DNA of 64,000 nt from a virus. Shown one piece after another: positions 39,495 through 49,234 of this stretch (positions are counted from its first letter, which is position 1; each line of letters starts with the position of its first letter). The DNA is taken from the IMG/VR virus record IMGVR_UViG_3300010885_077086, positions 1-64,000 of that record. One strand, given 5' to 3'. A program made the translations under genes and the position numbers. The notes under the pieces were generated by a model, which was not told where the DNA came from, did not search any database, and worked only from the letters and a program-made list of their open reading frames with translations.

Positions 39495-41651
39495 TTAAAT
39501 TAATTTTTTTAATTCTGAGTTATTTATACCTAAAGATTTTAGAACAGATATTAGTCTTGCAACTTTAAATATCTTCCTGTCAAGAGATGCTGTAGTTGTA
39601 TCTGGTGGTGCTGGGGGTAATGGAGGCAGCTGACGCGGAGGCACAACAGAACCTATCGGCTGAAAATCTCTTGCAATTATCCAGTTATTATCTATATAAA
39701 TCATTGGCTCTATTGCTGGATTGTTTTTTATATTTTCAATAATTTCATTTATTGAAAGCTTGCTCATTGCACCATCAATATAATAATCGAATTTTGCACT
39801 TTGAATGCAAAGGTCATCAGCATATGAGAGTATCTCTTTTGCAACTTGCTTTTTATCATCTTCTGCTTGTTTAAATATAAATCTGTTAAGATTTAACTCA
39901 CTGCAGAATTTATCTATGCCCAAAGAGTTGCTCAAAGATAATATTAAGTTTTTTATATTTTGAATAACATCACTTGAAATTAAATTTGAAGGTACTTTTT
40001 CGTCAAATAAAAATCCTATTTCACTTAATTTAGATATGCTTTTTATGCTTGATATTGCGACAGGTACTAGCTCAGGGTAAACCTCTGTAATTGATTTATT
40101 TTTTGAAAAAACTCTGTTTTCAAAACTTGAAGATATATCTGGAACAAAATTGACTTTAGTAAAAAAATCAATTGGATAATTTTTTGCAATAAATTCAGCG
40201 TTATCTTTATATAATTTTTTTATTTCTTCTTCAGATAACATATATGATATTTTTTCTTGATTTGATTCTCTAGAGGCAAATGAACTAAGATTTTTTTGAT
40301 TTTCAGGATAACTAAGTGCATTAAGAAAATTTTCTTTTAATTCTTTAGAGCCATAACCAAAGGCGCTACAGTCGAGAGAAAATATTGAAGCGTGCGGAGG
40401 ATCAAAATAGTTTGTTTGAACTAAATTTCTATTATCATCTCTCCATTTTAAATATGAATCAATAAATATTTTTGCATTCTCAGGATAGTGAAGTATTTTT
40501 CCAATATAGCTTAAATCTACTTTTGCAATTTTATCAAATAATTCTTTTAATAAATCAACATTTTGATGATTAGGATCTGATAATCTTGTATTTACAAAAT
40601 TATTCATCATATCATGGTCAACTTTTTTTTCAGATTTTATTTTTAATTCTATAATTTTTAAAAAATGTTCTTTTTCAGTATCAAAGGCTTTATTGCTTCG
40701 CAGGCTATTTGTTAATGCTTCATCATCCAATATGATGTCAAGATTTTTTCTCGTTCTTCCTCTTACTTGCTCTTCGCCGCCTTTCTGGTTATACTCACCA
40801 GAATACGTCATATAATCAGATTGATCTGACGGATTCCAGCTGGTATTTTCACTAGAACCAAAATCAATATTTTCTTTTATTTGCCCTGTTTCTTTATCAA
40901 AATAACTATAGCTTAATATTTTTAAACTATCGTAATCATAAATTACAGCAACGTCTCCATCACGAGAGCCATTGAAGAGCAGTCCTCTTACCTTTGGATA
41001 CAACATATTCCAAACATTAAGTGCAACATTTGAAGTATGTTCTGGCTCATAATATGGAAGTTGCTCTTCAAACTGCCAGCCTATATCTTTTAAGCCCAAT
41101 AGCTTTGCTTGTGCAGCAAGAATACTTTTATATGATCCATATCTGAAGTACTTTTTAGATGGATCATATTTTCTGAATGATAATTCCTCTTTTGTTAGCG
41201 GTATATTAGTTTTTGATACCGGAACGGATCTTCCATCTTCAAAAAATACCTTAGGACTATTATCATATGGAGGAATTAATGAAGATCCATCTTCATTATC
41301 AATTCCAACATATTTTTCAAAATTTTCTTTTGAAATTTCTTCTCTGTTTAGCTCTTTTAATAGCTGAGGATAAAGAACAGATATTGTATCTACATTAAAA
41401 GAAAAGAATCCGGTTGTATCAATTGCAAGTTTATAAATGTAGCTTCCATAGTTTCCTGCAAAAGTATTATACACTTTTTTATTATAAACTGAATATATAC
41501 CAGGACCGTACATATTACCTGCACCAAGTCCGGTTATAAAATTACCAGAGGTAAGTTGCTTTTTAAAGTCATCAGGAAGAGTCTTTCCACCAGTATATAC
41601 TGTTCCTAGTCTTCCATATATTTCAGCAAATTTTGATATTGGTCTATTCAT
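39495..41651 (-). CDS. Large virion protein with putative N-terminal ADP-ribosyltransferase-like domain
   Basis: GAGNMYGPGIYSVY, YGSYIYK, GLLFNGSRDGDVAVIYD; C-terminal KVARLISVLKSLG. Confidence 0.5.
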   Translation of the reverse strand: MNRPISKFAEIYGRLGTVYTGGKTLPDDFKKQLTSGNFITGLGAGNMYGPGIYSVYNKKVYNTFAGNYGSYIYKLAIDTTGFFSFNVDTISVLYPQLLKELNREEISKENFEKYVGIDNEDGSSLIPPYDNSPKVFFEDGRSVPVSKTNIPLTKEELSFRKYDPSKKYFRYGSYKSILAAQAKLLGLKDIGWQFEEQLPYYEPEHTSNVALNVWNMLYPKVRGLLFNGSRDGDVAVIYDYDSLKILSYSYFDKETGQIKENIDFGSSENTSWNPSDQSDYMTYSGEYNQKGGEEQVRGRTRKNLDIILDDEALTNSLRSNKAFDTEKEHFLKIIELKIKSEKKVDHDMMNNFVNTRLSDPNHQNVDLLKELFDKIAKVDLSYIGKILHYPENAKIFIDSYLKWRDDNRNLVQTNYFDPPHASIFSLDCSAFGYGSKELKENFLNALSYPENQKNLSSFASRESNQEKISYMLSEEEIKKLYKDNAEFIAKNYPIDFFTKVNFVPDISSSFENRVFSKNKSITEVYPELVPVAISSIKSISKLSEIGFLFDEKVPSNLISSDVIQNIKNLILSLSNSLGIDKFCSELNLNRFIFKQAEDDKKQVAKEILSYADDLCIQSAKFDYYIDGAMSKLSINEIIENIKNNPAIEPMIYIDNNWIIARDFQPIGSVVPPRQLPPLPPAPPDTTTASLDRKIFKVARLISVLKSLGINNSELKKLI

Positions 41652-41706
41652 AATATTTTCTATAACTATTAGTATTTTTTTAACTACTAATTTTAGATTA
41701 ATTGTT

Positions 41707-42411
41707 ATGACCACAATAACTAAAGATCAAAAGAAAGTAATTGACTCTGTACTCTCAATATTTGAAACAGGGAGAGTGCCTACACCAGCATCGTATTCTA
41801 CATGCGCCATACTTACTGATGGAGCCGGTATTTCCTATGGAAAACATCAGGCAACAGACCGCGCAGGATCCTTAGATAAGATTGTTGACCTTTATATTCA
41901 GCAGGGTGGAAAGCATGGCGAGGAGCTAAAGCAATTCGTTCCAAAGCTTGCTAGCAATGAAACAGCAAAGGTAGATCCAAGGAATCCACCATCTTGGGCA
42001 AGATATCTTATGGGTGTGTTAAAAGAAGCTGGTAAAGACACTGTTATGCAGGAGGCACAGGACGCAATCTTTGACTCAGGCTATTGGATACCAGCAGTTG
42101 GCCTAGCATCAAACATAGGATTGAAGACTGCCTTAGGACACCTTGTTATTTATGATTCCTGTATTCACTCTGGACCCGGTGGAGTTGCAGTAATAAGAGC
42201 ACGTTTTCCAGAGGCTTCTCCAGCAAACGGTGGAGACGAAAAGACCTGGGTAAAAGCTTATATTTCTGCCAGAAGAATTTGGTTAGCAGGAAATGCGAAT
42301 CCATTAGTGCAAAAAACAGTATATAGAATGGATGCACTAATGGAGATTGTAAAGACTGACAACTGGGATCTTAAAACACCGCTAGTTGTCAGAGGCGTCA
42401 AGATCGCTTAG
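41707..42411 (+). CDS. GH46 chitosanase-fold lysin
   Basis: SIFETG, DGAGISYG..Q.T, YWIPA, YDSCIHSG. Confidence 0.8.
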   Translation: MTTITKDQKKVIDSVLSIFETGRVPTPASYSTCAILTDGAGISYGKHQATDRAGSLDKIVDLYIQQGGKHGEELKQFVPKLASNETAKVDPRNPPSWARYLMGVLKEAGKDTVMQEAQDAIFDSGYWIPAVGLASNIGLKTALGHLVIYDSCIHSGPGGVAVIRARFPEASPANGGDEKTWVKAYISARRIWLAGNANPLVQKTVYRMDALMEIVKTDNWDLKTPLVVRGVKIA

Positions 42412-42585
42412 CTTTTTCCTAATGATTTCTTCAAACAAATCATCCTCTAGATAATATGGATCACTAGAGAAATTAGTGCCTATTGCAAGATTTGAAACTA
42501 TTTGGCATAGTCTCATATCTGGATTCTGCTCCCAATATGACTCAAGCATAGATATTAGACGAGGAATTCTAGATGGATCTCTCAT
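42382..42585 (-). CDS. YihD/DUF1040-like protein
   Basis: MRDPSRI...W...PDMRLCQ...YYLED. Confidence 0.7.
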   Translation of the reverse strand: MRDPSRIPRLISMLESYWEQNPDMRLCQIVSNLAIGTNFSSDPYYLEDDLFEEIIRKKLSDLDASDN

Positions 42586-42689
42586 TTTTATCACCTTCTT
42601 TTTTTGGTCTAAGCACAATTTCCAATGCACAAAATGCCGCTATTAAGAGTGCTAATCCAATGCCAAATGTTTTTTCTTTAAGGGATCTT

Positions 42690-42920
42690 TTAGCCATTTT
42701 GGTTTGGCGCAGGATAGCGATAAATAATTCTTCCTTTGGATAGATCGTATGGAGAAACCTCTACCTTAACACGATCACCAAGGACGATGCGGATATTATT
42801 CATCTTTTGACGGCCAGCAAGGTATCCAAGAACCTTGCCATTTGGAGTTTGAATTACAAAGCGTTCGCGCTGAACATCAACAACTTCACCATCAATTTCA
42901 ATGAGATCTGATTTTGCCAT
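42690..42920 (-). CDS. infA: Translation initiation factor IF-1
   Basis: IEIDGEV...[26 protein letters not shown]. Confidence 0.95.
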   Translation of the reverse strand: MAKSDLIEIDGEVVDVQRERFVIQTPNGKVLGYLAGRQKMNNIRIVLGDRVKVEVSPYDLSKGRIIYRYPAPNQNG

Positions 42921-43004
42921 TTTTCCTCTTACTAATATTATTTTATTATATACAGTTGCAGTTAAAATAAGTTAATTAAAAACTAAATAAAACACGGACT
43001 TATT

Positions 43005-43346
43005 TTGAAGCCAACACCATTTACAATAGGTGGTAAAAAATATTACCTTCATGATGTTATAAGTATAACAAATAGTTATGCTGATGTTAACTTTTTTGAA
43101 TTTCAAATTTTAAAACCAGGAGAATATGAGCCAGATAAGATTTTAGTTTGGGTATCTGGCAAAACAAAACACGAAAGAAAGTGGACTTGGTTTATATATT
43201 TGAAAAGAGAAGGCCCAATAAAGGGAATATCATATCATTACTCTGACATAATATCTCCAGAAAGAGACACGGGGTTGTTTTTAAGGTACGTCAGAAGAAA
43301 AACTCCAGATGCCATTCCACATATCCTTTTTAATTATTTGATTTAG
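43005..43346 (+). CDS. 'LFN' tail family protein
   Basis: FLRYVRRKTPDAIPHILFN. Confidence 0.6.
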   Translation: MKPTPFTIGGKKYYLHDVISITNSYADVNFFEFQILKPGEYEPDKILVWVSGKTKHERKWTWFIYLKREGPIKGISYHYSDIISPERDTGLFLRYVRRKTPDAIPHILFNYLI

Positions 43347-43355
43347 CCGTTTAAT

Positions 43356-43415
43356 CGGTGACGCTGCTCGGCTTCCCTATAATAAAGAGGGAGAAGCAGC
43401 AGAAATCCCTCACCG
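43356..43415. terminator. Long imperfect inverted repeat between convergent genes
   Basis: CGGTGA/TCACCG, GCTGCT/AGCAGC, TCCCT/AGGGA arms. Confidence 0.45.
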
Positions 43416-43432
43416 GCTCCTAAAATTATACT

Positions 43433-43729
43433 TCAAGGATATTCGGTTGGTGGATTAAACTTTCCATCCCTCATAGATTTTTGAATCCATGGAGTAATTG
43501 GAGCAAAAAATGCAAGCGAATCACTAATTGCTGCAAAATATTCTGCGCCATTCTTATGGTATGGAGCAAGAAATTCTCCTTCGCAGCACTGAAGAAGTCT
43601 CATCTTTTGAATTGGAATCATAAGATGATCTCCATCCATTTTGTATGCAAAGTGGGAATGAGAGTAGGAAACAGGGTTTGGAAGGCTACCACAATGAGGA
43701 CAGCAATATGTTGACTTTATATTTTGCAT
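43433..43729 (-). CDS. Hypothetical Cys-containing protein
   Basis: CPHC. Confidence 0.55.
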   Translation of the reverse strand: MQNIKSTYCCPHCGSLPNPVSYSHSHFAYKMDGDHLMIPIQKMRLLQCCEGEFLAPYHKNGAEYFAAISDSLAFFAPITPWIQKSMRDGKFNPPTEYP

Positions 43730-44460
43730 TTTATTTCTGGCTCAAAATTTAGAAGAAGATCAAATCCCTTTCCATAAACAAGATAGAATGATCTATCTTC
43801 ATGCTGAATTAGTACCTGCTTATAGGTTAGAAGATTAGTTTTTTCTGGCTCAATAGACAAAAGAGTCGGCAGAGCCTCAGCAATCCTAAAGATATCATAC
43901 CTTGCTGCATTAATATCTCTTGACATATCAATTATAGATTCTATTATTTCAGACTCTACAACGGAGTCCATATCGTGAACTACCGTAAGCCAACCTCTCC
44001 TAACATTATTACTCTTAACCGGAGTTGTTGAGCTAACGGTAAAGCTTTTCCCTCCAAACTTATTCCAAATCTTTGTCGGGAGGCTACTTATTGTTGGCTC
44101 ATGCTGAAAGAGGTTGTAGTCATATGGTTCAATTGAAAAGATTTCTTTTCTCTTTTTTGAATAGTGATAGATTTTTTTATCTACGACTTCTTTTAGAGCA
44201 GTTTCAACAATTGAAAGATATTCATCTTCTTTTTTATCCAAATCAACAAGAATAGAATAAACCTTATCAAAAATATAGCTTTTGCTAAAGCCAACCGAAG
44301 AAAGGCCTGACTTCTTAACCTTTTCCTGCACCATCTCAAAGGTTGCAGGATCAGAAAGTGGAGACTCTATATCTGGAAGAAGAGAGATTGGTATGGACTT
44401 TAGCTTCAGCAGTATATTAAAATAATTCTGCGGAATAAAGAATAAACCAACACCGCTCAT
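43717..44460 (-). CDS. Hypothetical protein
   Basis: 247 aa. Confidence 0.65.
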   Translation of the reverse strand: MSGVGLFFIPQNYFNILLKLKSIPISLLPDIESPLSDPATFEMVQEKVKKSGLSSVGFSKSYIFDKVYSILVDLDKKEDEYLSIVETALKEVVDKKIYHYSKKRKEIFSIEPYDYNLFQHEPTISSLPTKIWNKFGGKSFTVSSTTPVKSNNVRRGWLTVVHDMDSVVESEIIESIIDMSRDINAARYDIFRIAEALPTLLSIEPEKTNLLTYKQVLIQHEDRSFYLVYGKGFDLLLNFEPEIKCKI

Positions 44461-44816
44461 TCTGAAGCCTCCTGCCTAATCTCATCAAAAATAGGCCAAG
44501 CGTTTAGAAGATCGTCGCGGATTCTTTTTACTACAAGATTATTCCTTCCGCCGATATTCCACTCCTTAATTTTCTCTACAGGAAGCCCATCGTCTCCAAG
44601 ATAATTTTTGCCATTCTTCCAATTATAAAGCGTTCCAACCTGACCATCTTCCCACTTGATAATCCACTCTGCATCAATCTTATATCCATCACTAGTGGTT
44701 GGCTCACCATATTTAGTTACGATAGTCTTGTAGTCTACGCTGACATAACCCTGTAGACAGGTTCCATCGGCATCGGCTTGATTAATTGACTTAATTCTTG
44801 GCATCTTAAGCTCCAA
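44457..44816 (-). CDS. Conserved phage protein
   Basis: LQGY...GEP...KIDAEW...YNWK...WNIGG. Confidence 0.65.
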   Translation of the reverse strand: MELKMPRIKSINQADADGTCLQGYVSVDYKTIVTKYGEPTTSDGYKIDAEWIIKWEDGQVGTLYNWKNGKNYLGDDGLPVEKIKEWNIGGRNNLVVKRIRDDLLNAWPIFDEIRQEASE

Positions 44817-45264
44817 TATTAAAAAGAATATGCTTTACAAAAAAGTCTCGCAGCTCTGGTGTGGCCTCTTCCATGAATTGGTCTGGGCCAGATTGCTTTT
44901 TGATAAATTCATCATTAGGAATACGGTGTGGATGAACCAAAGTTGTACCATATTGAGGGTCGAGAGAGACACCACTTATAAAATAAAGAGCACCAATACC
45001 AGTCCTATCTCTCCAATCGGTATAGTTCCTATCGGAAAGAACAAGGTTGACAGACTCAGATAGTCGCTTTTCTCCAGAAGAAACCCAAAAAGCCTCCATA
45101 CCACAATCAAGAATCTGATGAATTTTTGGCCCATCATATTTCTTTGATAGAGTATGGGTAAAACTTAAAGTTTGACGCCAATGGCCGCTACACTTTCCCC
45201 AATTATTTCCAAGCTCCATAAGAATTTCGTTGTAGTTAGAAAGGACTAGGTGTGGCCTTGCCAT
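44806..45264 (-). CDS. 'LFN' tail family protein
   Basis: FMEEATPELRDFFVKHILFNI. Confidence 0.6.
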   Translation of the reverse strand: MARPHLVLSNYNEILMELGNNWGKCSGHWRQTLSFTHTLSKKYDGPKIHQILDCGMEAFWVSSGEKRLSESVNLVLSDRNYTDWRDRTGIGALYFISGVSLDPQYGTTLVHPHRIPNDEFIKKQSGPDQFMEEATPELRDFFVKHILFNIGA

Positions 45265-46146
45265 TTAGACTCCAAAAAGCTCTTGCTTTAGTTGCAGCAG
45301 ACGATCAGAATTATAGTTAAACTTTTCTTCTGGAGTAATAAGATTCTTTTTATCTGGATCGGAATTCCTCAGAAAACGATCCCGCTCTGAGATGTTTTTT
45401 CTTACCTCCGTAAGCTTTTCATTCAGCTCCTCGGCTTGATGGTATAGCTCATCTGAAGTATGAATAAGCTCTTGGTATTTAATGTCAGAAACATAAAGAA
45501 TTGGCATCCTGTTCTTTTCGTATTCTGATTTTAGCTCGGTAACTCTTTTTTCAAAGTTAGACTTTTTATCCGCAAGGTCAAGAGATTCAATGTATTTTTC
45601 TAGAAGTGAGGGAAATTTTTCTACATAAAGTTGAATATTGTAAGAAAAGTCCTCTACTCCACCGCCACTTCCAGTACCAAGACCGGCAATCAATCTAACA
45701 AAGTCACCAAAGAGAGGCCTCTTTGATTTGAGAGATTCAGAAAGATAATGCGAACAACCCTTTGGAACGTCAATCCCATCAAACTCTGATATTACACCTC
45801 TGGTAATCTTTCCAGATACATCAAATGTAATTACTAAATTGTTGTAGTGGTCTTTTCTTGGGAATGAGCCATTAAACTTAGTAAAGATAAGCTCTAATCC
45901 AAGTATTTTTGCTACTGCAATAAGGTGAGAATGAATTTCTGTCTGCTTAAAGGAAGTCAGGTTTTCAACCATATAGTTTGATACCTTAGAAGAAATCGCA
46001 TTAAATTTGGCTTCTTTCTCCTCCTTAAGCTCTTGGGTGCGATGCTTTTTAAGACACTTTAGGATATCTCCTTGCTCCTTAGAGATACCACCGCACTTGT
46101 GGCACTCAAAGACTTCGACCTTAGTTATTTCCATTGGAAGCACCAT
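45265..46146 (-). CDS. Hypothetical protein (Zn-finger plus coiled coil)
   Basis: CHKC...C...H; coiled-coil C-terminus. Confidence 0.6.
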   Translation of the reverse strand: MVLPMEITKVEVFECHKCGGISKEQGDILKCLKKHRTQELKEEKEAKFNAISSKVSNYMVENLTSFKQTEIHSHLIAVAKILGLELIFTKFNGSFPRKDHYNNLVITFDVSGKITRGVISEFDGIDVPKGCSHYLSESLKSKRPLFGDFVRLIAGLGTGSGGGVEDFSYNIQLYVEKFPSLLEKYIESLDLADKKSNFEKRVTELKSEYEKNRMPILYVSDIKYQELIHTSDELYHQAEELNEKLTEVRKNISERDRFLRNSDPDKKNLITPEEKFNYNSDRLLQLKQELFGV

Positions 46147-46312
46147 GAGTAGAGTTTAGGGAGTTAGCGCAAACAACATGAGGGCCACCTTCGCGCCTCC
46201 AGCATTGAAGGTCTGGTCGAGGAGACTTAATCTCGACCCATCCATTCCTTTCTGCATAAGACTCAACCTTAGTTGGAACACAGGCAAGAAGAAAAATAAG
46301 AACGGCAATCAC
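46121..46312 (-). CDS. Small lipoprotein
   Basis: MIAVLIFLLA-C. Confidence 0.55.
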   Translation of the reverse strand: MIAVLIFLLACVPTKVESYAERNGWVEIKSPRPDLQCWRREGGPHVVCANSLNSTHGASNGNN

Positions 46313-46590
46313 CTTGTAGTCTCCTTATCTTCAATGGCTCGGGTCAAATAATCTCGCAGAAGCTTTCCTTGCTTAATGTCGATTGCCGTACAGTCCCAAT
46401 GACCATAACGGCACTCGTAACCGAAAAGATACTTAGCCGCAACAACCAAACGCTGCCAAAAAGAGCGATGCTGGTGAAGCTGAACCTGTGTCCAACAGAT
46501 TTCATCACCATCCATATCATCCATGTGGCTAAACTGAAGGACATGATCTGGAGAATGGCACTCACAAATAACGTGATGAGTCTCTTTCAT
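46309..46590 (-). CDS. Conserved phage protein
   Basis: CECHSPDH...FWQRL..A.KYLFG. Confidence 0.65.
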   Translation of the reverse strand: MKETHHVICECHSPDHVLQFSHMDDMDGDEICWTQVQLHQHRSFWQRLVVAAKYLFGYECRYGHWDCTAIDIKQGKLLRDYLTRAIEDKETTR

Positions 46591-46913
46591 TCTTCCTCCT
46601 CGTCAAAGTCAAAGCGAGTCTTAGTTGGTGCCTCTTCCTCGACCTCTTCTTCGACAACAATGCCGGAGATAAGATCGGAATGTTCATCCATTTCAACAAA
46701 GAGGTTCATTGAAGAGGTATAAATCTGAGCCAACTTAATTGTCTTTTTTGTGAAGAAACGCTTTGCGGTTGTTGGATCGGCAGAAATAGAGTTTGCAATA
46801 TCAACCCAAGCAATCTTAATATCGCTTTCAAGAGATTCGACAAACTTAGCAGACATAAGGTTGGCGGTTTGCTCTACTAGGCTTTGAGGATCTGTTGTAT
46901 CTGAATCAGACAT
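46587..46913 (-). CDS. Hypothetical protein
   Basis: 108 aa. Confidence 0.6.
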   Translation of the reverse strand: MSDSDTTDPQSLVEQTANLMSAKFVESLESDIKIAWVDIANSISADPTTAKRFFTKKTIKLAQIYTSSMNLFVEMDEHSDLISGIVVEEEVEEEAPTKTRFDFDEEEE

Positions 46914-47112
46914 CTTTTACTCCAGAATTATCGAGATAATGGCGGATAGCATCCTCAAAAAAGATCTGAAACCGCTCAGAAAATAATGGAGAGGAATAAT
47001 CAATTTGAAGTGCATCTTGAAGCTCCTTTAAAGTCTCTTCACTGAGATCAAAGATAATTGTTGTGTGACCATCGCCACCCTCAATGATTTCCATATTTGA
47101 AAAGTCTATCAT
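46906..47112 (-). CDS. Hypothetical protein
   Basis: 68 aa, GGAGG RBS. Confidence 0.6.
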   Translation of the reverse strand: MIDFSNMEIIEGGDGHTTIIFDLSEETLKELQDALQIDYSSPLFSERFQIFFEDAIRHYLDNSGVKDV

Positions 47113-47343
47113 TTAAGCCTCCCTGTCATTAAAATAACCTTCTTCAAACCTTTCCCATTCCAGCAGCAAAGACTCTATTGCCTCCCGCTGGTTGTCAAAT
47201 GGCCCCCACGGTGGGCTATCAGAAACTTGAACATACCATCCTTCGCCACCAGAAGGCACGATATAATCTCCCTCCTCACTAAAGAACGATGGAAAGGAAT
47301 CATAATACGAGATAAGATAATCATTCTTCATGGTATGCTCCAA
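47113..47343 (-). CDS. Hypothetical protein
   Basis: GWY...WGPFD motif. Confidence 0.6.
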   Translation of the reverse strand: MEHTMKNDYLISYYDSFPSFFSEEGDYIVPSGGEGWYVQVSDSPPWGPFDNQREAIESLLLEWERFEEGYFNDREA

Positions 47344-47374
47344 CGGATATAGGGCGACCCTGCCCCACGGCTAT

Positions 47375-47402
47375 AATCTAGGCACCGGGAGGGCAGGGTC
47401 AA
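47375..47402 (-). promoter_or_regulatory. Early promoter inside an inverted repeat
   Basis: TTGACC-N16-TAGATT with CGGTGC. Confidence 0.7.
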
Positions 47403-47430
47403 TTGGCAGGGATTTATTTTTTAGAAGAAA

Positions 47431-48090
47431 TCAAAGGGAGAAAAGAGACTTCGAAGAAAGATCCTGCATGAGTTCTTTTCTTTTTTTAAGATCTAATTCC
47501 ATTTTTTCAAGATCGGAAATCTGCATTGAAATATCAAGTGGAATCTCCAGCTTTCTTATGGCAGAGTAAATATCATCCATGTTACCATAAGATGATGAAA
47601 TTCTTACTCTGCTATAGCTAAATGATATGTAGACCATTCCATATGAAAAAGATGAAACATCCCATCTTTCAGAAATTGACATAAAATCTCTAAAGTTTTT
47701 TATATCATTTGCAGGCTTTGATCTCCATCCTTTTTTCATCATTGACTTGGCTCTATATCTAGAGCCATTCTTTGAAATTCCCCTTAGAGGATTTGAGGTA
47801 TTAAGTGCAGCTGCAGTTTTTGATAAAATTATTCCACCGCTCTTTTCTTCATCACCTACAATCTCAAGAAAAATTTCTTGAATTTTAGATTCTCTTTTTT
47901 CATAGTAATCATTATCAGCACTAGATAGTTTCCACTTATGTGCTCCTAGTGCAGTTTTTAATTTTGACCTTAGGACCCTTTCAACTCCAAGATTTACCTT
48001 ATTTGAAACGGCCCTTAGCTGCTTCTGAAGCAGATCTTTTTGCTTTAGAAGCTCTTCAATCTTTGGATCTTTTGAAATAATATCTTTCAT
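47431..48090 (-). CDS. Hypothetical protein
   Basis: 219 aa, coiled-coil termini. Confidence 0.6.
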   Translation of the reverse strand: MKDIISKDPKIEELLKQKDLLQKQLRAVSNKVNLGVERVLRSKLKTALGAHKWKLSSADNDYYEKRESKIQEIFLEIVGDEEKSGGIILSKTAAALNTSNPLRGISKNGSRYRAKSMMKKGWRSKPANDIKNFRDFMSISERWDVSSFSYGMVYISFSYSRVRISSSYGNMDDIYSAIRKLEIPLDISMQISDLEKMELDLKKRKELMQDLSSKSLFSL

Positions 48091-48097
48091 TTAATTC

Positions 48098-48787
48098 TCA
48101 GACAATGATATCTGCAATTCCCATCTTTACAGCTTCCTCTGCTGAAAGATAAACATTTACTTTGCGATTAATCACTCTCTTTAGCTGAGCAACAGACATG
48201 TTTGACTCATCAGAAAGTGCCCTTAGGTAAGCCTCCTGCATATATCGCATTTCTGCCATCTCATTTTCTAGATTATGGAATGAGCCAGATGTTCCGCCAA
48301 TTACAGAGTGAATCATTACTCTACAATTCTTTCCAATCTTACGCTGACCCTTTGTTCCTGCCGCAAGAAGGAGAACACCGGCAGACATTACCTTTCCAAT
48401 TCCAAATGTAACAATTGGGCACTTTTCCTTTACAACACGCATAATGTCGTAAAGAGCAAACATATCATCTGCTGAGCCGCCTGGAGTTGAGAGAAGAAAC
48501 TCAATAGGAAGAACCTCTACTTCAACCTCTTTCTTTTCCTCCTCTCCATCCTTACCTTCGGCTATTTCTGCATCAGACTCTACCTCTGCGGTTTCAGCCA
48601 TATCAAGCATCATGCCGATAATCTGAGCAACCTTATTCTCTTCAACCTCACCAAATAGTCCGATGATGCGAGAATCTTCATCTTTTGGAAGCAGAATCAT
48701 CTTTGGATCTAGGGATCCTTCTGACTCTACCTCTTCTTCGTCGCCGTGATCATGACCATCGTTTAGTTTCTTAGATTTAAATAACAT
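48098..48787 (-). CDS. clpP: ClpP-family protease
   Basis: STPGGS, VMSAG (catalytic Ser), VMIH, YLSAEEAVKMGIAD; acidic insertion. Confidence 0.88.
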   Translation of the reverse strand: MLFKSKKLNDGHDHGDEEEVESEGSLDPKMILLPKDEDSRIIGLFGEVEENKVAQIIGMMLDMAETAEVESDAEIAEGKDGEEEKKEVEVEVLPIEFLLSTPGGSADDMFALYDIMRVVKEKCPIVTFGIGKVMSAGVLLLAAGTKGQRKIGKNCRVMIHSVIGGTSGSFHNLENEMAEMRYMQEAYLRALSDESNMSVAQLKRVINRKVNVYLSAEEAVKMGIADIIV

Positions 48788-48795
48788 TTTTTCTC

Positions 48796-49212
48796 CTAGT
48801 ATGAATCGTCAAGTTCTATATCGTATCTGAATCCAATCGTTGCCTGAGGTATGCCGTTATGTTTTGTTAAAAATTTTAATATCGTCTTTTTGTCGTCAGA
48901 CATTGTTGAAAACTGTCCATTATTATCAACCCATATATTTAATTCTGGAAATAGAGAAGAATATTTTAAAAACTTGTGGTGACAATCTCTTACTAGACTG
49001 AAATTTGCAACCCAAATTATTGTATTTTTTCTTTCAAAAAGATTTTGTATTCCAAGCATCATAATGCTTGTTGTCTTACCAAGCCTTCTTTTATAACCTA
49101 TTACATTTTTTACTTTTTCATGGTCTGAAAACAATGCAGAAGTTATTACCTCTGTTTTGAATTCATCGGGGTCTTTTAGACCGCATCGTCTGTAAATTTC
49201 CTTCAATTCCAT
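48796..49212 (-). CDS. Short P-loop-containing hypothetical protein
   Basis: KRRLGKTT. Confidence 0.5.
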   Translation of the reverse strand: MELKEIYRRCGLKDPDEFKTEVITSALFSDHEKVKNVIGYKRRLGKTTSIMMLGIQNLFERKNTIIWVANFSLVRDCHHKFLKYSSLFPELNIWVDNNGQFSTMSDDKKTILKFLTKHNGIPQATIGFRYDIELDDSY

Positions 49213-49234
49213 GGTAATATTATACCAATTGAAT

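Noticed and set aside
48796-49212. Terminase large subunit
   Set aside because: Only ~138 aa with an RxxGKT motif and no nuclease domain.
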